Position numbers and translations under genes: made by a program. 35,788 bases of DNA from a virus (lineage: Duplodnaviria; Caudoviricetes), in the IMG/VR virus record IMGVR_UViG_3300008255_000272, positions 1 to 35,788 of that record. One strand, given 5' to 3'. The notes below the pieces were generated by a model that saw only the letters and a program-made list of their open reading frames with translations, was not told the DNA's origin and made no database searches. Of the stretch, positions 35,742 through 35,788 are shown piece after piece; positions within the stretch are counted from its first letter, which is position 1; each line of letters opens with the position of its first letter.

Positions 35742-35754
35742 GCGAACAGTTCGC
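35742..35754. promoter_or_regulatory. Palindromic operator copy 4 (GCGAACAGTTCGC)
   Basis: Perfect palindrome abutting a minus-strand TATTAT -10. Confidence 0.75.
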
Positions 35755-35776
35755 AAATGTGCAACATTAATTTAAA

Positions 35777-35788
35777 GACTTATCCACA
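35777..35788. repeat. Terminal direct repeat GACTTATCCACA (right copy)
   Basis: Identical to 1-12. Confidence 0.9.

Overview
The window is an apparently complete, circularly permuted ~35.8 kb dsDNA tailed-phage genome. The first and last 12 nt are identical (GACTTATCCACA), and a DEAH helicase ORF reads through that junction. The virion module is P22-like/podovirus type: TerS, HNH, TerL, repeat-containing spike, portal, scaffold, major capsid, adaptor, fibre proteins, tail-stabilisation protein and two ejection proteins. It is followed by a lysis module (holin-like proteins, papain-fold peptidase with a peptidoglycan-binding domain, lytic transglycosylase). Replication/recombination genes are a TOPRIM primase, P-loop ATPase, SF2 helicase, PD-(D/E)XK nuclease, SSB-like protein and RecU-like resolvase. 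There is also a C5 DNA methyltransferase and many small early genes. I see no integrase, DNA polymerase, reverse transcriptase, tRNA or CRISPR array. Extended -10 promoters abutting start codons and scarce Shine-Dalgarno sites suggest a Patescibacteria (CPR) host; this is inference. Most notable observations: (1) the TerL Walker A motif is cleanly interrupted by a 13-nt stop-containing insert between two Gly codons, a candidate programmed ribosomal bypass; (2) the HNH frame continues TerS across a single TAG; (3) a G-U-rich stem-loop after the capsid gene displays a loop complementary to the capsid 5' leader; (4) a four-copy palindromic operator, GCGAACWGTTCGC, paired with DnaA-like boxes at early promoters; (5) an orphan DGR variable-region-like gene with no template or RT in the genome.
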